From an uncultured Bacteroidales bacterium (GTDB taxonomy: Bacteria; Bacteroidota; Bacteroidia; Bacteroidales; Muribaculaceae), in the NCBI GenBank assembly GCA_949289215.1, contig CASENC010000038.1:22319-86318 (forward strand): a stretch of 64,000 bases of DNA, in the 5' to 3' direction. Each line of letters starts with the position of its first letter. The first letter of the stretch is position 1. Of this stretch, positions 34,476 to 43,294 are shown one piece after another. Under the pieces are notes generated by a model. That model ran no database searches. It saw only the letters and a list, made by a program, of their open reading frames with translations, and was not told where the DNA came from. The translations under genes were made by a program, and so were the position numbers.

Positions 34476-36938
34476 ATGAAACTTAAATCGTATTTGTATG
34501 CACCGTTGTGCAGTGCAATGGTGCTTTTTGCAATGTCGGCTTGTTCCGACGATTTAATCGATAACGACAATGGCAATCGCCCCCAGGGCAATGGCATTCA
34601 GTTTGGTGCAAGAGCCTCGTATGCCGGTGATGACACCCGCACCGAGTATGGCGATTACAGCCAGGACGGGCTCAGCCAGGAGATACGCTGGACGGCAGGC
34701 GACCAGGTGGAAATTTATTCGCCCGAATCGCCCAATTCCAAGCAGACGGCATATGAAGTTGACTACATCGGCGGTGCCGAAGGTACCGGCGACCGTGGCT
34801 CGGCACTTCTTGCATCACTTGGCGGCGACGGCCTGCAATGGAACAGGACTAACGCAACGCAAAAGTTCTATGCCATCTATCCTTCGGTGCAAAGCATAGC
34901 GAACACTGCCGTTAAGAACATGGTAAGCTTTGAGAACGGTGTCCTCAAGGGATATGTGCCTATCAACCAGCAGCACACCATCACTAAGGACGGTACAGTT
35001 TGGACGGCTACCCCAAATATGGATTACCTTTACATGGCTGCCATACAGGAAAATCCGGTGCCTGCCATAGACGAGGACGGTGCTGTGAACCTTAGCTTCC
35101 AACCGTTGACCACCACGCTGGAAATCACCATCGAAGGCCCCACCGAAAGGCCGCTTGCTTCGTTGAACGTATTTTCAGACAATGTGCCTGTGGTAGGTCA
35201 CTTCACCTGCGACCTGACTGCCGAGGCCGGCACGGACGGTTATCCGCAGTGCGTATCGACGCAAGAGGGAACTACCAACACTTATGCCACCGTCAGCCTT
35301 TACTATGATGATAACGGCACACAGCGACCGTTGTCGTTGGCCGAAGGCGAAAGCGTCACGCTCAATGTGTTCTTGTTGCCTGTAGAGCCGCTTACTAATG
35401 TGAAAATCCGTATTGCCGGCTTCAACTCGGCAAGCAAGAGCATGACGCTTGACACCGACCCGAAGACGGGCAGCAAAATCACGCTTAATCCTCACAAGAA
35501 GACTCGCGTGACCATTCCTGCGCCTAAGATTGGTACGGAGACGAACAACTGGATTACCGGCATCGAGGACAACGTGTATGTGTCGCAGCTCTCAATCCCG
35601 GGTACGGCCAACTCGTTCTCTTATAATTACCCCCAAAATGGTGAAAATCGTACATGGTATGTGGCACAGACTGCCAATTTTGAGAAGCAGTGGAATGCAG
35701 GTATCCGCTGCTTCGAGCTGAAGTGCCCCGAAACTACCGGCGACCTTGGTAACGTTGTCTTGCAGTGTAACCGTAATGATTTGGGTATTACATTCAAGCA
35801 GGCGGTTGACATGATATGGGACAAAGTGCAAAATTCTGGCGAATTTGCCATGATTATCCCGGCATACGAGTCCGGTTCCGGTCACGAAAGCGGCTCGAAT
35901 GCCGCGCACACCGCTGTGCGCAACTTTGCCAATGCGCTGAACACGTTCTATGACAACAACTCGCAATATGAATATATCACCTACGGACGCAATATCACTG
36001 TGGGCCAGGCTCGAGGCAAGCTGATGTTTGTGGCACGCATCACCTCGGAAGAGGATGAGGGTGCAATCAGCGACATTATTCCAAAACAGGGTGTATTCAT
36101 CGAGGGCTGGGGTTCGCTGAAAGACCTGTGGGAACGCCGCGGATATGGCAAGGCTAACTGGGCTAAATGGAGCAATAACAGCTTTGATGGCAACAGTACG
36201 GACTATATGGAGTATTACATGGTTAACGGAAACACCAGTTCAGACCTCAGCTTCTCTTATGCCGGACCTACCGGGCCAACCGGTGCGAAGAATTTCATGC
36301 ACACAACCATACGCAGTGATGCTTCTACCGGTACAGCTTATATACATGACTGGAACCGTGTGTCGCCTAAAAACAAAAATTATAACTTATATAATAATTC
36401 GTCTTATGGACGGGATTATGTACAAAACTGCTACTGGCCGGAATCATTTATAGAAAAATGTGGGGATGTATGGAACACATTCCTGGCTGCTATCGAGGAT
36501 AACAACAATCAACAGGGTAGTACATTCTATATCAATTCGCTTGACGGATACTATATAGATGAAAACATTCCATTGAGTTATAAGCCATATATCGCAGGTC
36601 GTGGAGATGAAGGAGGAACTTGGCCTTCTGATTGGTCTTACGGTTACGGCGATGGTGGTACAGCCGGTAACATTCAGGCCTATGCAGCCGATATTAACAA
36701 CTATTTCTATGGCAAAATTCTTGACTATGGTGCCGACAATATCTATGGCCCGATGAATGTGGTATTGTTGGATATGGTTTACGCATCGGACGATATGACC
36801 GACCCGGGTTCGTATCTGCCATCGGTAATCATCAACAATAACTATCGCTTCCCGTTGATTACAAAAAAAGATAACGGCGGAAGCAGCACCAACAGCGCCG
36901 ATGCCTCTTACAGCAACGGCGGCAACGTTTGGGAGTAA
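34476..36938 (+). CDS. surface lipoprotein: fimbrillin-like N-terminal region fused to a PI-PLC-like (PLC-like phosphodiesterase TIM barrel) domain with substituted catalytic residues
   Basis: Lipobox LFAMSACS and WTAGDQVEIYS (fimbrillin-like). The C-terminal motifs LSIPGTANS, AGIRCFELK, VVLQCNRN, GKLMFVARI, TFYINSLDG and MNVVLLDMV are collinear with Bacillus PI-PLC motifs IPGTHDS, ARIFDIR, IVLHHGP, GKIVLLKR, LYINFTS and WVIQDY. Confidence 0.6.
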   Translation: MKLKSYLYAPLCSAMVLFAMSACSDDLIDNDNGNRPQGNGIQFGARASYAGDDTRTEYGDYSQDGLSQEIRWTAGDQVEIYSPESPNSKQTAYEVDYIGGAEGTGDRGSALLASLGGDGLQWNRTNATQKFYAIYPSVQSIANTAVKNMVSFENGVLKGYVPINQQHTITKDGTVWTATPNMDYLYMAAIQENPVPAIDEDGAVNLSFQPLTTTLEITIEGPTERPLASLNVFSDNVPVVGHFTCDLTAEAGTDGYPQCVSTQEGTTNTYATVSLYYDDNGTQRPLSLAEGESVTLNVFLLPVEPLTNVKIRIAGFNSASKSMTLDTDPKTGSKITLNPHKKTRVTIPAPKIGTETNNWITGIEDNVYVSQLSIPGTANSFSYNYPQNGENRTWYVAQTANFEKQWNAGIRCFELKCPETTGDLGNVVLQCNRNDLGITFKQAVDMIWDKVQNSGEFAMIIPAYESGSGHESGSNAAHTAVRNFANALNTFYDNNSQYEYITYGRNITVGQARGKLMFVARITSEEDEGAISDIIPKQGVFIEGWGSLKDLWERRGYGKANWAKWSNNSFDGNSTDYMEYYMVNGNTSSDLSFSYAGPTGPTGAKNFMHTTIRSDASTGTAYIHDWNRVSPKNKNYNLYNNSSYGRDYVQNCYWPESFIEKCGDVWNTFLAAIEDNNNQQGSTFYINSLDGYYIDENIPLSYKPYIAGRGDEGGTWPSDWSYGYGDGGTAGNIQAYAADINNYFYGKILDYGADNIYGPMNVVLLDMVYASDDMTDPGSYLPSVIINNNYRFPLITKKDNGGSSTNSADASYSNGGNVWE

Positions 36939-37041
36939 AAAACTGCGCACGATTTAGCCGGGCGGTAACGGAGTTGCCGCTACCGCTCGGTTAAACCATT
37001 AACAAAACGAATTATAAACCTAAAAATAAACACGAACCAAA

Positions 37042-39195
37042 ATGAATGTTAAACAAACGATGTGCGGCGCAGCCCTGCTATGCCTTGCGGCCTGTTCCGA
37101 CCCGATGGAGAATATGCCCGTCGATGGACAAAATGGCGGGGAAATAAGCATAACCGGAACTGCCGATGCCTTTACGGCCCTGATGCAGACACGCACGCAG
37201 GTGGGCGAAATAGCTGATGACGGAGCACTGCTCATTGAGTGGTCGGCCGGCGACTCGATAGGTGTTTTCGGAGCAACCGGTGTGAATGCCCTGTTTAAGA
37301 GCGGCAACACCGAACCCGCACCGAGCACCACTTTCTCGGGAACAATGACCGGGGGAGATGTGCCGGCTTATGCTTATTACCCATATTCGGCAGCTGTGAG
37401 CGACGTGGCGGCCATTCCGGTGGAAATTCCTGCCGAACAAATGTACAGGGACGAAACATCGGTAGCGGCATTGGACTTCAAGGCATCAGACCAAATCGAG
37501 GCTCAGGCCGAAGGCGGTTACCGCGTGCGCTTCCGCCAGATGGCGGCACTGGTGCGCTTCGAGGTTGACCTCACGGGCTATCCCGGTCTTGCCGACGACG
37601 AGTTGCTGATGGATGTCACCATCCACCCGGCAGGCACCGGCGGCGCCCCGATGACTGGCAGCTTCACTTACAGCCTCACCAACCTTGCAGCCGGTCTGCA
37701 ACCGGGTGCTGCCACCACCGATGGCATTACCATACGCTTTGCCATGCCCCCGACGGCACGCGAGAAGGCAGTGGCCTATGCCGTGGTGGCTCCGGGCGCA
37801 CACACCGATGAGGAGTGGACTTGCACCTTCACCACCGACCGCCAGCAGGGCGAGTTCACCACAACGGCACTTTGCGACTTTGAAGCAGGGAAGTACTATA
37901 TAGTGCCCCTGACGGCGCAGGTGCTGGTGAACAACGATGCCGTGGTGGAGGAGATTCCCGAAGAGGAACTGGAGGAGACTGCCAACTGCTACATCGTGAC
38001 CACTACAGGCGAGCACAGCTTCAAGGCTACAGTCATAGGCAACGGGAAGAAAGGCATAATTCCCGGTGCGGGCTTCCACACCGAGACGCCTTACATCAAC
38101 CCCAAGTCGGTCAAGGTGCTGTGGAGCGACCGCAAGGACTTCGTTACCAACGTTCGCCTGGAAAACGGGCGCGTGGTGTACACCATACCCGATGCCATCG
38201 CATCGTCGGTTGATGGAACCATCTATGGCAATGCCGTGGTAGCCGTTTACAGCGAGCCCGACTGCCAGGGTGAAATCCTGTGGAGCTGGCACATTTGGGG
38301 CACGAATGATATGCCTAAGGATGTGGAATATACCAACCAGGCCGGTGCGAAGTTTATGGTTATGGACCGCGAGATTGGCAGAATGAATGCCAAGTCGTCG
38401 TCCAACGACTATAATGTGATGCGGTATCAGTGGGGGCGTAAAGACCCGTTCCCCGGCAAGGACATCCAGGTACGCAGCTTCTACATCGACGGCACTACCA
38501 AGGAGGCGATGAGCAACCTGAAGGGTTACAACTATAACCTGGAAACGGATGCCACCATTGCCGATGCCGTGCATAACCCTATGCACCTTATCCACTCGGC
38601 TACATCGTCACAATATGGCTGGCTGGCCGAGTCGAATGTCTATCTGTGGGGTGACGGCGACCGTGAACTGCCCGAGACGCTTACCGATGCAAGCACCGCC
38701 GGTGCGGGATGGAAACAACAAAAGACCATCTATGACCCGTCGCCTGTGGGCTATCGCGTGGCAAGCATCTTCACATTCAGCGGTTTCACCGATATGCCGA
38801 CCGGAACGACGAGTGATGTTACCGAGCCCGATGAAGGCAACTCCATTGTAACGGCTCGTTTGGATTACATCAATTACGTCAAGGTTTCGGGTAGCGACTG
38901 GCATTTCAAGGCGAATGCCGATGATGCCACAGGTGTATATTATCCCGCTTTAAAGTCGCTCGAAGGTAAAAACGGAACCGAGAAGAAGAATGCCGGTTCC
39001 GGCGGTTACTGGTGGGCTGCCGAAGCATTCGTGGGAGAAGATGGCAGAACCTGTGCTTGTTATCTGAATACCGACCAGTACAAGACCGGCTCGGTGGTTT
39101 CGGGTAGCACATCAGGCAACGTTATCGACACGTATGGCCGTGACGAGTATCTGCTGCGAGATGCCTATGCCGTTCGCTGCGTGAGGGAAGAATAA
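37042..39195 (+). CDS. surface lipoprotein: fimbrillin-like N-terminal region with a FISUMP-like (Fibrobacter succinogenes major paralogous domain-like) C-terminus
   Basis: Lipobox LLCLAACS and WSAGDSIGVFG. C-terminal WSWHIWG, MDREIG, YQWGRKDPFPG and YDPSPVGYRV recall the FISUMP pattern. Confidence 0.5.
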   Translation: MNVKQTMCGAALLCLAACSDPMENMPVDGQNGGEISITGTADAFTALMQTRTQVGEIADDGALLIEWSAGDSIGVFGATGVNALFKSGNTEPAPSTTFSGTMTGGDVPAYAYYPYSAAVSDVAAIPVEIPAEQMYRDETSVAALDFKASDQIEAQAEGGYRVRFRQMAALVRFEVDLTGYPGLADDELLMDVTIHPAGTGGAPMTGSFTYSLTNLAAGLQPGAATTDGITIRFAMPPTAREKAVAYAVVAPGAHTDEEWTCTFTTDRQQGEFTTTALCDFEAGKYYIVPLTAQVLVNNDAVVEEIPEEELEETANCYIVTTTGEHSFKATVIGNGKKGIIPGAGFHTETPYINPKSVKVLWSDRKDFVTNVRLENGRVVYTIPDAIASSVDGTIYGNAVVAVYSEPDCQGEILWSWHIWGTNDMPKDVEYTNQAGAKFMVMDREIGRMNAKSSSNDYNVMRYQWGRKDPFPGKDIQVRSFYIDGTTKEAMSNLKGYNYNLETDATIADAVHNPMHLIHSATSSQYGWLAESNVYLWGDGDRELPETLTDASTAGAGWKQQKTIYDPSPVGYRVASIFTFSGFTDMPTGTTSDVTEPDEGNSIVTARLDYINYVKVSGSDWHFKANADDATGVYYPALKSLEGKNGTEKKNAGSGGYWWAAEAFVGEDGRTCACYLNTDQYKTGSVVSGSTSGNVIDTYGRDEYLLRDAYAVRCVREE

Positions 39196-39223
39196 GGTTC
39201 GTGTTTCACGACTCTATTCCGTG

Positions 39224-39258
39224 GCCGGGGGAAACATGGAACTCCGGCCCCGGCTTTT
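39224..39258 (+). terminator. possible rho-independent terminator
   Basis: Stem GCCGGGG/CCCCGGC (39224-39230 / 39248-39254) followed by TTTT. The loop is long (17 nt). Confidence 0.4.
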
Positions 39259-39289
39259 AAGCAAAGCAATTATTTAAACAATAACAATC

Positions 39290-40489
39290 ATGATTAAAAA
39301 AACATTTATTGCAGCCATTTGTCTTGCGGCTGCAAGTACGGCTTTTTCACAGGAAGCCGTAACAGACGACGTTGTAGTCGAAGAAACGATTGAGTATAGC
39401 ACCGACAAGCACAAGGTAGAGACCAACGGCTTTTGGAGCAACTGGTTTGTGAGTGCCGGTGCCGGTGTGCAGATGTACTTCGGCGACCACGACAATAATC
39501 TTAAATTCGGCAAGCGCCTGTCACCGTCTCTCGACATTGCCGTGGGCAAATGGTTCTCGCCCGAAATTGGTGTGCGATTGATGTACAACGGCCTTTCGGC
39601 AAAGGGAGCCACCCGTTGGGGTGTGGCCCATTCCACCGGCGATTTGGTTGAAGGTTGGAACTCGGGGCTTTACAAGTCGAAATTCAACTATTTCAACTTC
39701 CAAATCGATGCAATGTTCAACTTCACCAACATCGTTTGCGGCTACAAAGAGGATCGCTTGTATAACTGCAGCCCCTATGTGGGTGTGGGTGTGATGAAGG
39801 TGACCGATGATCCCAAGGAAGCTGCCCTCTCGGGCCACTTTGGTATCATGAACTCGTTCCGCATAAGCTCGGCCATCGACATCAACCTTGACCTGCGCGG
39901 CACACTCACGAGCGACGAGCTCGACGGCGAGCCGGGCGGACGCTGGGGCGAAGGCCTCTTTGCCGCTACCGTGGGCATTACCTACAAAATCAACCCGCGT
40001 GGCTGGAACCGCAGCAAGACGGTGGTTCGTAACGTGTATAACAATGCCGAACTTAACGCCATGCGCGAGAAGCTGAACCGCATGAACGAGGAGAATGCCC
40101 GCCTGCAAGCTGCACTTGCCGAGGCCGACAAGGCAAAGGCACAGACCGTGGTGAAACAAATTGCATCGAGCAGCCTTATCGTGTTTGAAATCGGGCAGAG
40201 CAAACTCTCGAACCAGGCTCGCGTGAACCTGGGTATGCTTGCCGAAATCATCAAGCAGGGTGACCCATCGACCAAATACACCATCACCGGTTATGCCGAT
40301 GCCGGAACGGGCAGCAAGAAACTCAACGAACGCTTGAGCAAGGCCCGCGCCGAAGCCGTTCGCGACTGCCTGGTTGACGAATTTGGCGTTGACGAGTCGC
40401 AACTCGTCATCGACTACAAGGGCGGTGTTGAGAATATGTTCTATGACGACCCGCGCATGAGCCGTGCCGTTATCACCACAAGCAAATAA
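39290..40489 (+). CDS. OmpA-family outer-membrane protein (beta-barrel, coiled coil, OmpA_C peptidoglycan-binding domain)
   Basis: Signal peptide, alternating-pattern barrel region, the coiled coil NAELNAMREKLNRMNEENARLQAALAEADKAK, and TGYADAGTGSKKLNERLSKARAEAVRDCL. Confidence 0.85.
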   Translation: MIKKTFIAAICLAAASTAFSQEAVTDDVVVEETIEYSTDKHKVETNGFWSNWFVSAGAGVQMYFGDHDNNLKFGKRLSPSLDIAVGKWFSPEIGVRLMYNGLSAKGATRWGVAHSTGDLVEGWNSGLYKSKFNYFNFQIDAMFNFTNIVCGYKEDRLYNCSPYVGVGVMKVTDDPKEAALSGHFGIMNSFRISSAIDINLDLRGTLTSDELDGEPGGRWGEGLFAATVGITYKINPRGWNRSKTVVRNVYNNAELNAMREKLNRMNEENARLQAALAEADKAKAQTVVKQIASSSLIVFEIGQSKLSNQARVNLGMLAEIIKQGDPSTKYTITGYADAGTGSKKLNERLSKARAEAVRDCLVDEFGVDESQLVIDYKGGVENMFYDDPRMSRAVITTSK

Positions 40490-40590
40490 ACTCTCAACTT
40501 AAATAGAAAGCATTTGGGGGGCTTTACCACAGGCGTGTGTGTGATATATGCGCCTGTGTGAATTGGCCGCCGTTTTGTTTGTTTTGTACG

Positions 40591-40641
40591 CATCCCCCTT
40601 CCCCGACTAAGCGTAGTCGCAGGAAGGGGGATGTTTTTTTT
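40591..40641 (+). terminator. strong rho-independent terminator after the OmpA-family gene
   Basis: Perfect 12-bp stem CATCCCCCTTCC/GGAAGGGGGATG with an inner CGACTA/TAGTCG stem, followed by T8. Confidence 0.8.
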
Positions 40642-40768
40642 GTGTTTTATACCACGCCCCGCAGTGCGAGTTTGTCGCGATTCATATTGGTAAGGTGGCT
40701 GTTTTTTGTCATTGTATTTCGTAGATAATAGCTTATTTACAGTGTTTTTATGCAAAATGGTAGTTGTA

Positions 40769-40790
40769 GAGACGCAAAATTTTGCGTCTC
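40769..40790. repeat. REP-like perfect 22-nt palindrome GAGACGCAAAATTTTGCGTCTC, copy 1
   Basis: Read directly. It shares the extended unit GTTGTAGAGACGCAAAATTTTGCGTCTCCACGTGGG with copy 3. Confidence 0.9.
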
Positions 40791-40850
40791 CACGTGGGGC
40801 AAATTCAAATTTAAGGAGGGGCGGCAAATGTTACCATTAGGTGCATTTTT

Positions 40851-40872
40851 GAGACGCAAAATTTTGCGTCTC
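40851..40872. repeat. REP-like 22-nt palindrome, copy 2 (flanks indicate opposite orientation)
   Basis: Same 22-mer. The 3' flank TACGGGCGG is the reverse complement of a GTA-type 5' flank. Confidence 0.9.
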
Positions 40873-40918
40873 TACGGGCGGCAGGCGGTACAATGTCATT
40901 GGGCTCACCCTGGTTGTA

Positions 40919-40940
40919 GAGACGCAAAATTTTGCGTCTC
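40919..40940. repeat. REP-like 22-nt palindrome, copy 3
   Basis: Same 22-mer with the same flanks as copy 1. Confidence 0.9.
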
Positions 40941-40977
40941 CACGTGGGCAAAAGGCATTTTTTTGTTTTATAAGCAT

Positions 40978-40985
40978 TACCTTTG
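40978..40985 (+). promoter_or_regulatory. -7 box TACCTTTG upstream of the peptidase/ABC pair
   Basis: Exact TAnnTTTG, 23 nt upstream of the ATG at 41008. Confidence 0.35.
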
Positions 40986-41007
40986 CAGGTGAGTATTGTT
41001 TTGTGTT

Positions 41008-41499
41008 ATGAGTAGTATGCAACCCGATGAATTGCCGGTGAATAACGATGCGTTTTTTGCCGAGGTGGAGCAGATGCTTGCGCAGGGACACAGTGTGACG
41101 CTGCGCGGCCGTGGCGGCAGTATGTACCCCTTTATAGCCGACGGGCGCGACAGCGTGGTGCTGAGCCGGGCCGCCGGGCTGCAGGTGGGCGACATAGTGC
41201 TGGCCCGGGTGCCCGGCAAGGGATATGTGCTGCACCGCATCTACCGGCTGCAGGGCGACCGGCTTACCCTGATGGGCGACGGCAACTTGCAAGCCACCGA
41301 GCAGTGCCGCCGGGCCGACGTGCGCGGCCGGGTGACCGAGATATTGCGCGGCGGGCGGCGAGTGGAATGTGGGTCGCGAGCCGAAAGGTTCAGGGCGGCC
41401 TGCTGGCGCAAGCTGCTGCCGGTGAGGCGTTACTTGCTGCGCGTGTGCCGATTGTGTCAAACTTTAAAAGAAAGGAATCGAGAGTTATGTCGTCATTGA
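41008..41499 (+). CDS. S24/S26-like serine peptidase domain protein (no TM segment seen)
   Basis: RGRGGSMYPFIADGRDSVVL (GxSMxP nucleophile box) and YVLHRIYRLQGDRLTLMGDGN (resembles the S26 KRVIGLPGD box, with His in place of Lys). Confidence 0.55.
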   Translation: MSSMQPDELPVNNDAFFAEVEQMLAQGHSVTLRGRGGSMYPFIADGRDSVVLSRAAGLQVGDIVLARVPGKGYVLHRIYRLQGDRLTLMGDGNLQATEQCRRADVRGRVTEILRGGRRVECGSRAERFRAACWRKLLPVRRYLLRVCRLCQTLKERNRELCRH

Positions 41500-43124
41500 G
41501 GATAAACGAGTGTGTGAGATGGTTGTGGGCGGCATCGGGCGGTTTCCGCCTGCCGGTGGTGTGCTGCGCCCTGGCGGGTGTGCTGAATGTGTGCGTGTCG
41601 CTGTTTTTCGTGTATGTGTGCAAGCATTTGATAGATATAGCCACCGGAGTCTCGACCGACAATCTTTCCACCTACATAGGCTGGCTTGCAGGCTGCATGG
41701 CGGCGCAATTGCTGCTGTCGGTGACTCGCAGCCGCCTGGCGAGCCGCACCGAGGTGAAGTTGCGCAACGGGCTGCATGGCAGGCTGTATGTGCACCTGAT
41801 GGAGAGCCGGTGGAACGGTCGCGAGGCCTTCCACAGCGGCGACCTGCTTAACCGCATAGAGGCCGACACGGCCTCGGTGACCGATGCCATTTGCCGCACT
41901 GCCCCCACGGTGCTTGTCACAGTGGTGCAGCTGGGGGGCGCGCTCTATTTCCTGTCGCGGCTCGATATGAGGCTCACGGGCATACTTGTGTTCGTCATGC
42001 CCGTGGCGTTGCTTTTCAGCAAGAGCTATGTGCGGAAGATGCGCCGAATGTCGCGCGAAATACGCGAAACCGACAGCCGCATACAGAGCCACATACAGGA
42101 GAACCTGCAACACCGCGTGATAGTGCGCACGCTGGAATATACCCGCCCTACCGAGGATAAACTGGCCGGCCTGCAAGGCTCGTTGCAGGAACAGGTGTAC
42201 AGGCGCACCGATTTCTCGGTGTTTTCGCGGTCGATGGTGCAAATAGGGTTCATGACCGGCTATGCAGTCGCCTTCCTGTGGGGCATATTCGGGCTTCGCG
42301 ACGGCACGGTAACCTTCGGCATGATGGCGGCGTTCCTGCAACTGGTGTCGCAAATCCAGCGTCCGATGGTTGACATGAGCCGGCAGATACCGGCCTTCAT
42401 CAGGGTGTTCACGGCCACCGAGCGTCTGGCCGAGCTAACCTCGTTGCCCCAGGAGCCGCAGGGCAGTCCCGTGAGGCTCGGTGGGGTGCCGGGCATACGC
42501 ATCGAGCATCTGCATTTTTCCTACCCCGACGGCACACGGGAAGTGCTGTGTGATTTCTCGCACGACTTCCGCCCGGGGAGCCTGACGGCGATAGTGGGCG
42601 AGACGGGTGTGGGCAAAAGCACCCTTATCAAGCTGATATTGGCACTGGTGGAACCTAAAAAGGGGAAAATTGTCATTTATAACGACCGCGAGGCGGTGGA
42701 AGTTTCGCCGCAGACGCGGTGCAACCTGTCATATGTGCCGCAGGGCAACACCCTGTTCAGCGGAACCATTCGCGACAATCTGCTCATAGGCAACCCGAGA
42801 GCCACCGAGGAAGATATGCGCCGGGCACTGCATACGGCAGTCGCCGATTTCGTGTTTGCGCTGCCCGAAGGGCTCGACACGGTGTGCGGCGAGCAGGGCA
42901 CCGGGCTTAGCGAGGGGCAGGCGCAGCGCGTGGCCATAGCCCGCGGGCTGCTGCGGCCGGGAAACATATTGCTGCTCGACGAGCCGAGCTCGGCACTCGA
43001 CAGCCACACCGAGCAGGCACTGCTGGAGCGGCTGGCGGCCGAGGTGAAAGGGAAGACGGTGATATTGATTACGCACCGGGAGCGGTTTGCCGGGTACAGC
43101 ACCGATGTGGTGAGGATGGAATGA
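41487..43124 (+). CDS. ABC exporter, fused permease and ATPase (MsbA/type I exporter-like)
   Basis: Six-TM N-terminal half, Walker A GETGVGKST, signature LSEGQAQRVAIARGLL, Walker B LLLDEPSS. Its start overlaps the peptidase gene by 13 nt. The track start at 41304 was rejected. Confidence 0.85.
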   Translation: MSSLRINECVRWLWAASGGFRLPVVCCALAGVLNVCVSLFFVYVCKHLIDIATGVSTDNLSTYIGWLAGCMAAQLLLSVTRSRLASRTEVKLRNGLHGRLYVHLMESRWNGREAFHSGDLLNRIEADTASVTDAICRTAPTVLVTVVQLGGALYFLSRLDMRLTGILVFVMPVALLFSKSYVRKMRRMSREIRETDSRIQSHIQENLQHRVIVRTLEYTRPTEDKLAGLQGSLQEQVYRRTDFSVFSRSMVQIGFMTGYAVAFLWGIFGLRDGTVTFGMMAAFLQLVSQIQRPMVDMSRQIPAFIRVFTATERLAELTSLPQEPQGSPVRLGGVPGIRIEHLHFSYPDGTREVLCDFSHDFRPGSLTAIVGETGVGKSTLIKLILALVEPKKGKIVIYNDREAVEVSPQTRCNLSYVPQGNTLFSGTIRDNLLIGNPRATEEDMRRALHTAVADFVFALPEGLDTVCGEQGTGLSEGQAQRVAIARGLLRPGNILLLDEPSSALDSHTEQALLERLAAEVKGKTVILITHRERFAGYSTDVVRME

Positions 43125-43206
43125 ATGGCGGCGGGGGAAAAAACGGCAACCTGCGCCTGAGGTGAAAATCATGGTTGAAATCGAGGCCTAAGAGAGGGGC
43201 TTATTA

Positions 43207-43238
43207 TTTGCAATTGATTTTAAGTTGCACTATCTTTG
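43207..43238 (+). promoter_or_regulatory. Bacteroides-type promoter (TTTG 43207-43210; TATCTTTG 43231-43238) for fur-purA
   Basis: Both boxes are exact, with a 20-nt spacer. Located 57 nt upstream of the ATG at 43295. Confidence 0.55.
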
Positions 43239-43294
43239 CAGTTGGGCTTGGGCGAAATGCGTGGTTGCGCCCGGGCACACACAAAAAAGTAACG

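Noticed and set aside
40769-40940. The three regularly spaced identical 22-mers as a mini CRISPR array.
   Set aside because: The repeat is a perfect palindrome. Spacing is irregular (82 and 68 nt, start to start), one copy is inverted by its flanks, related copies are scattered elsewhere in the window, and no cas genes are present. It behaves like a REP/MITE family.
43207-43294. A Fur box (autoregulation) in the fur promoter region.
   Set aside because: The AT-rich sequence AATTGATTTTAAGTTGC only loosely resembles the GATAATGATAATCATTATC consensus. The match is too weak to call.
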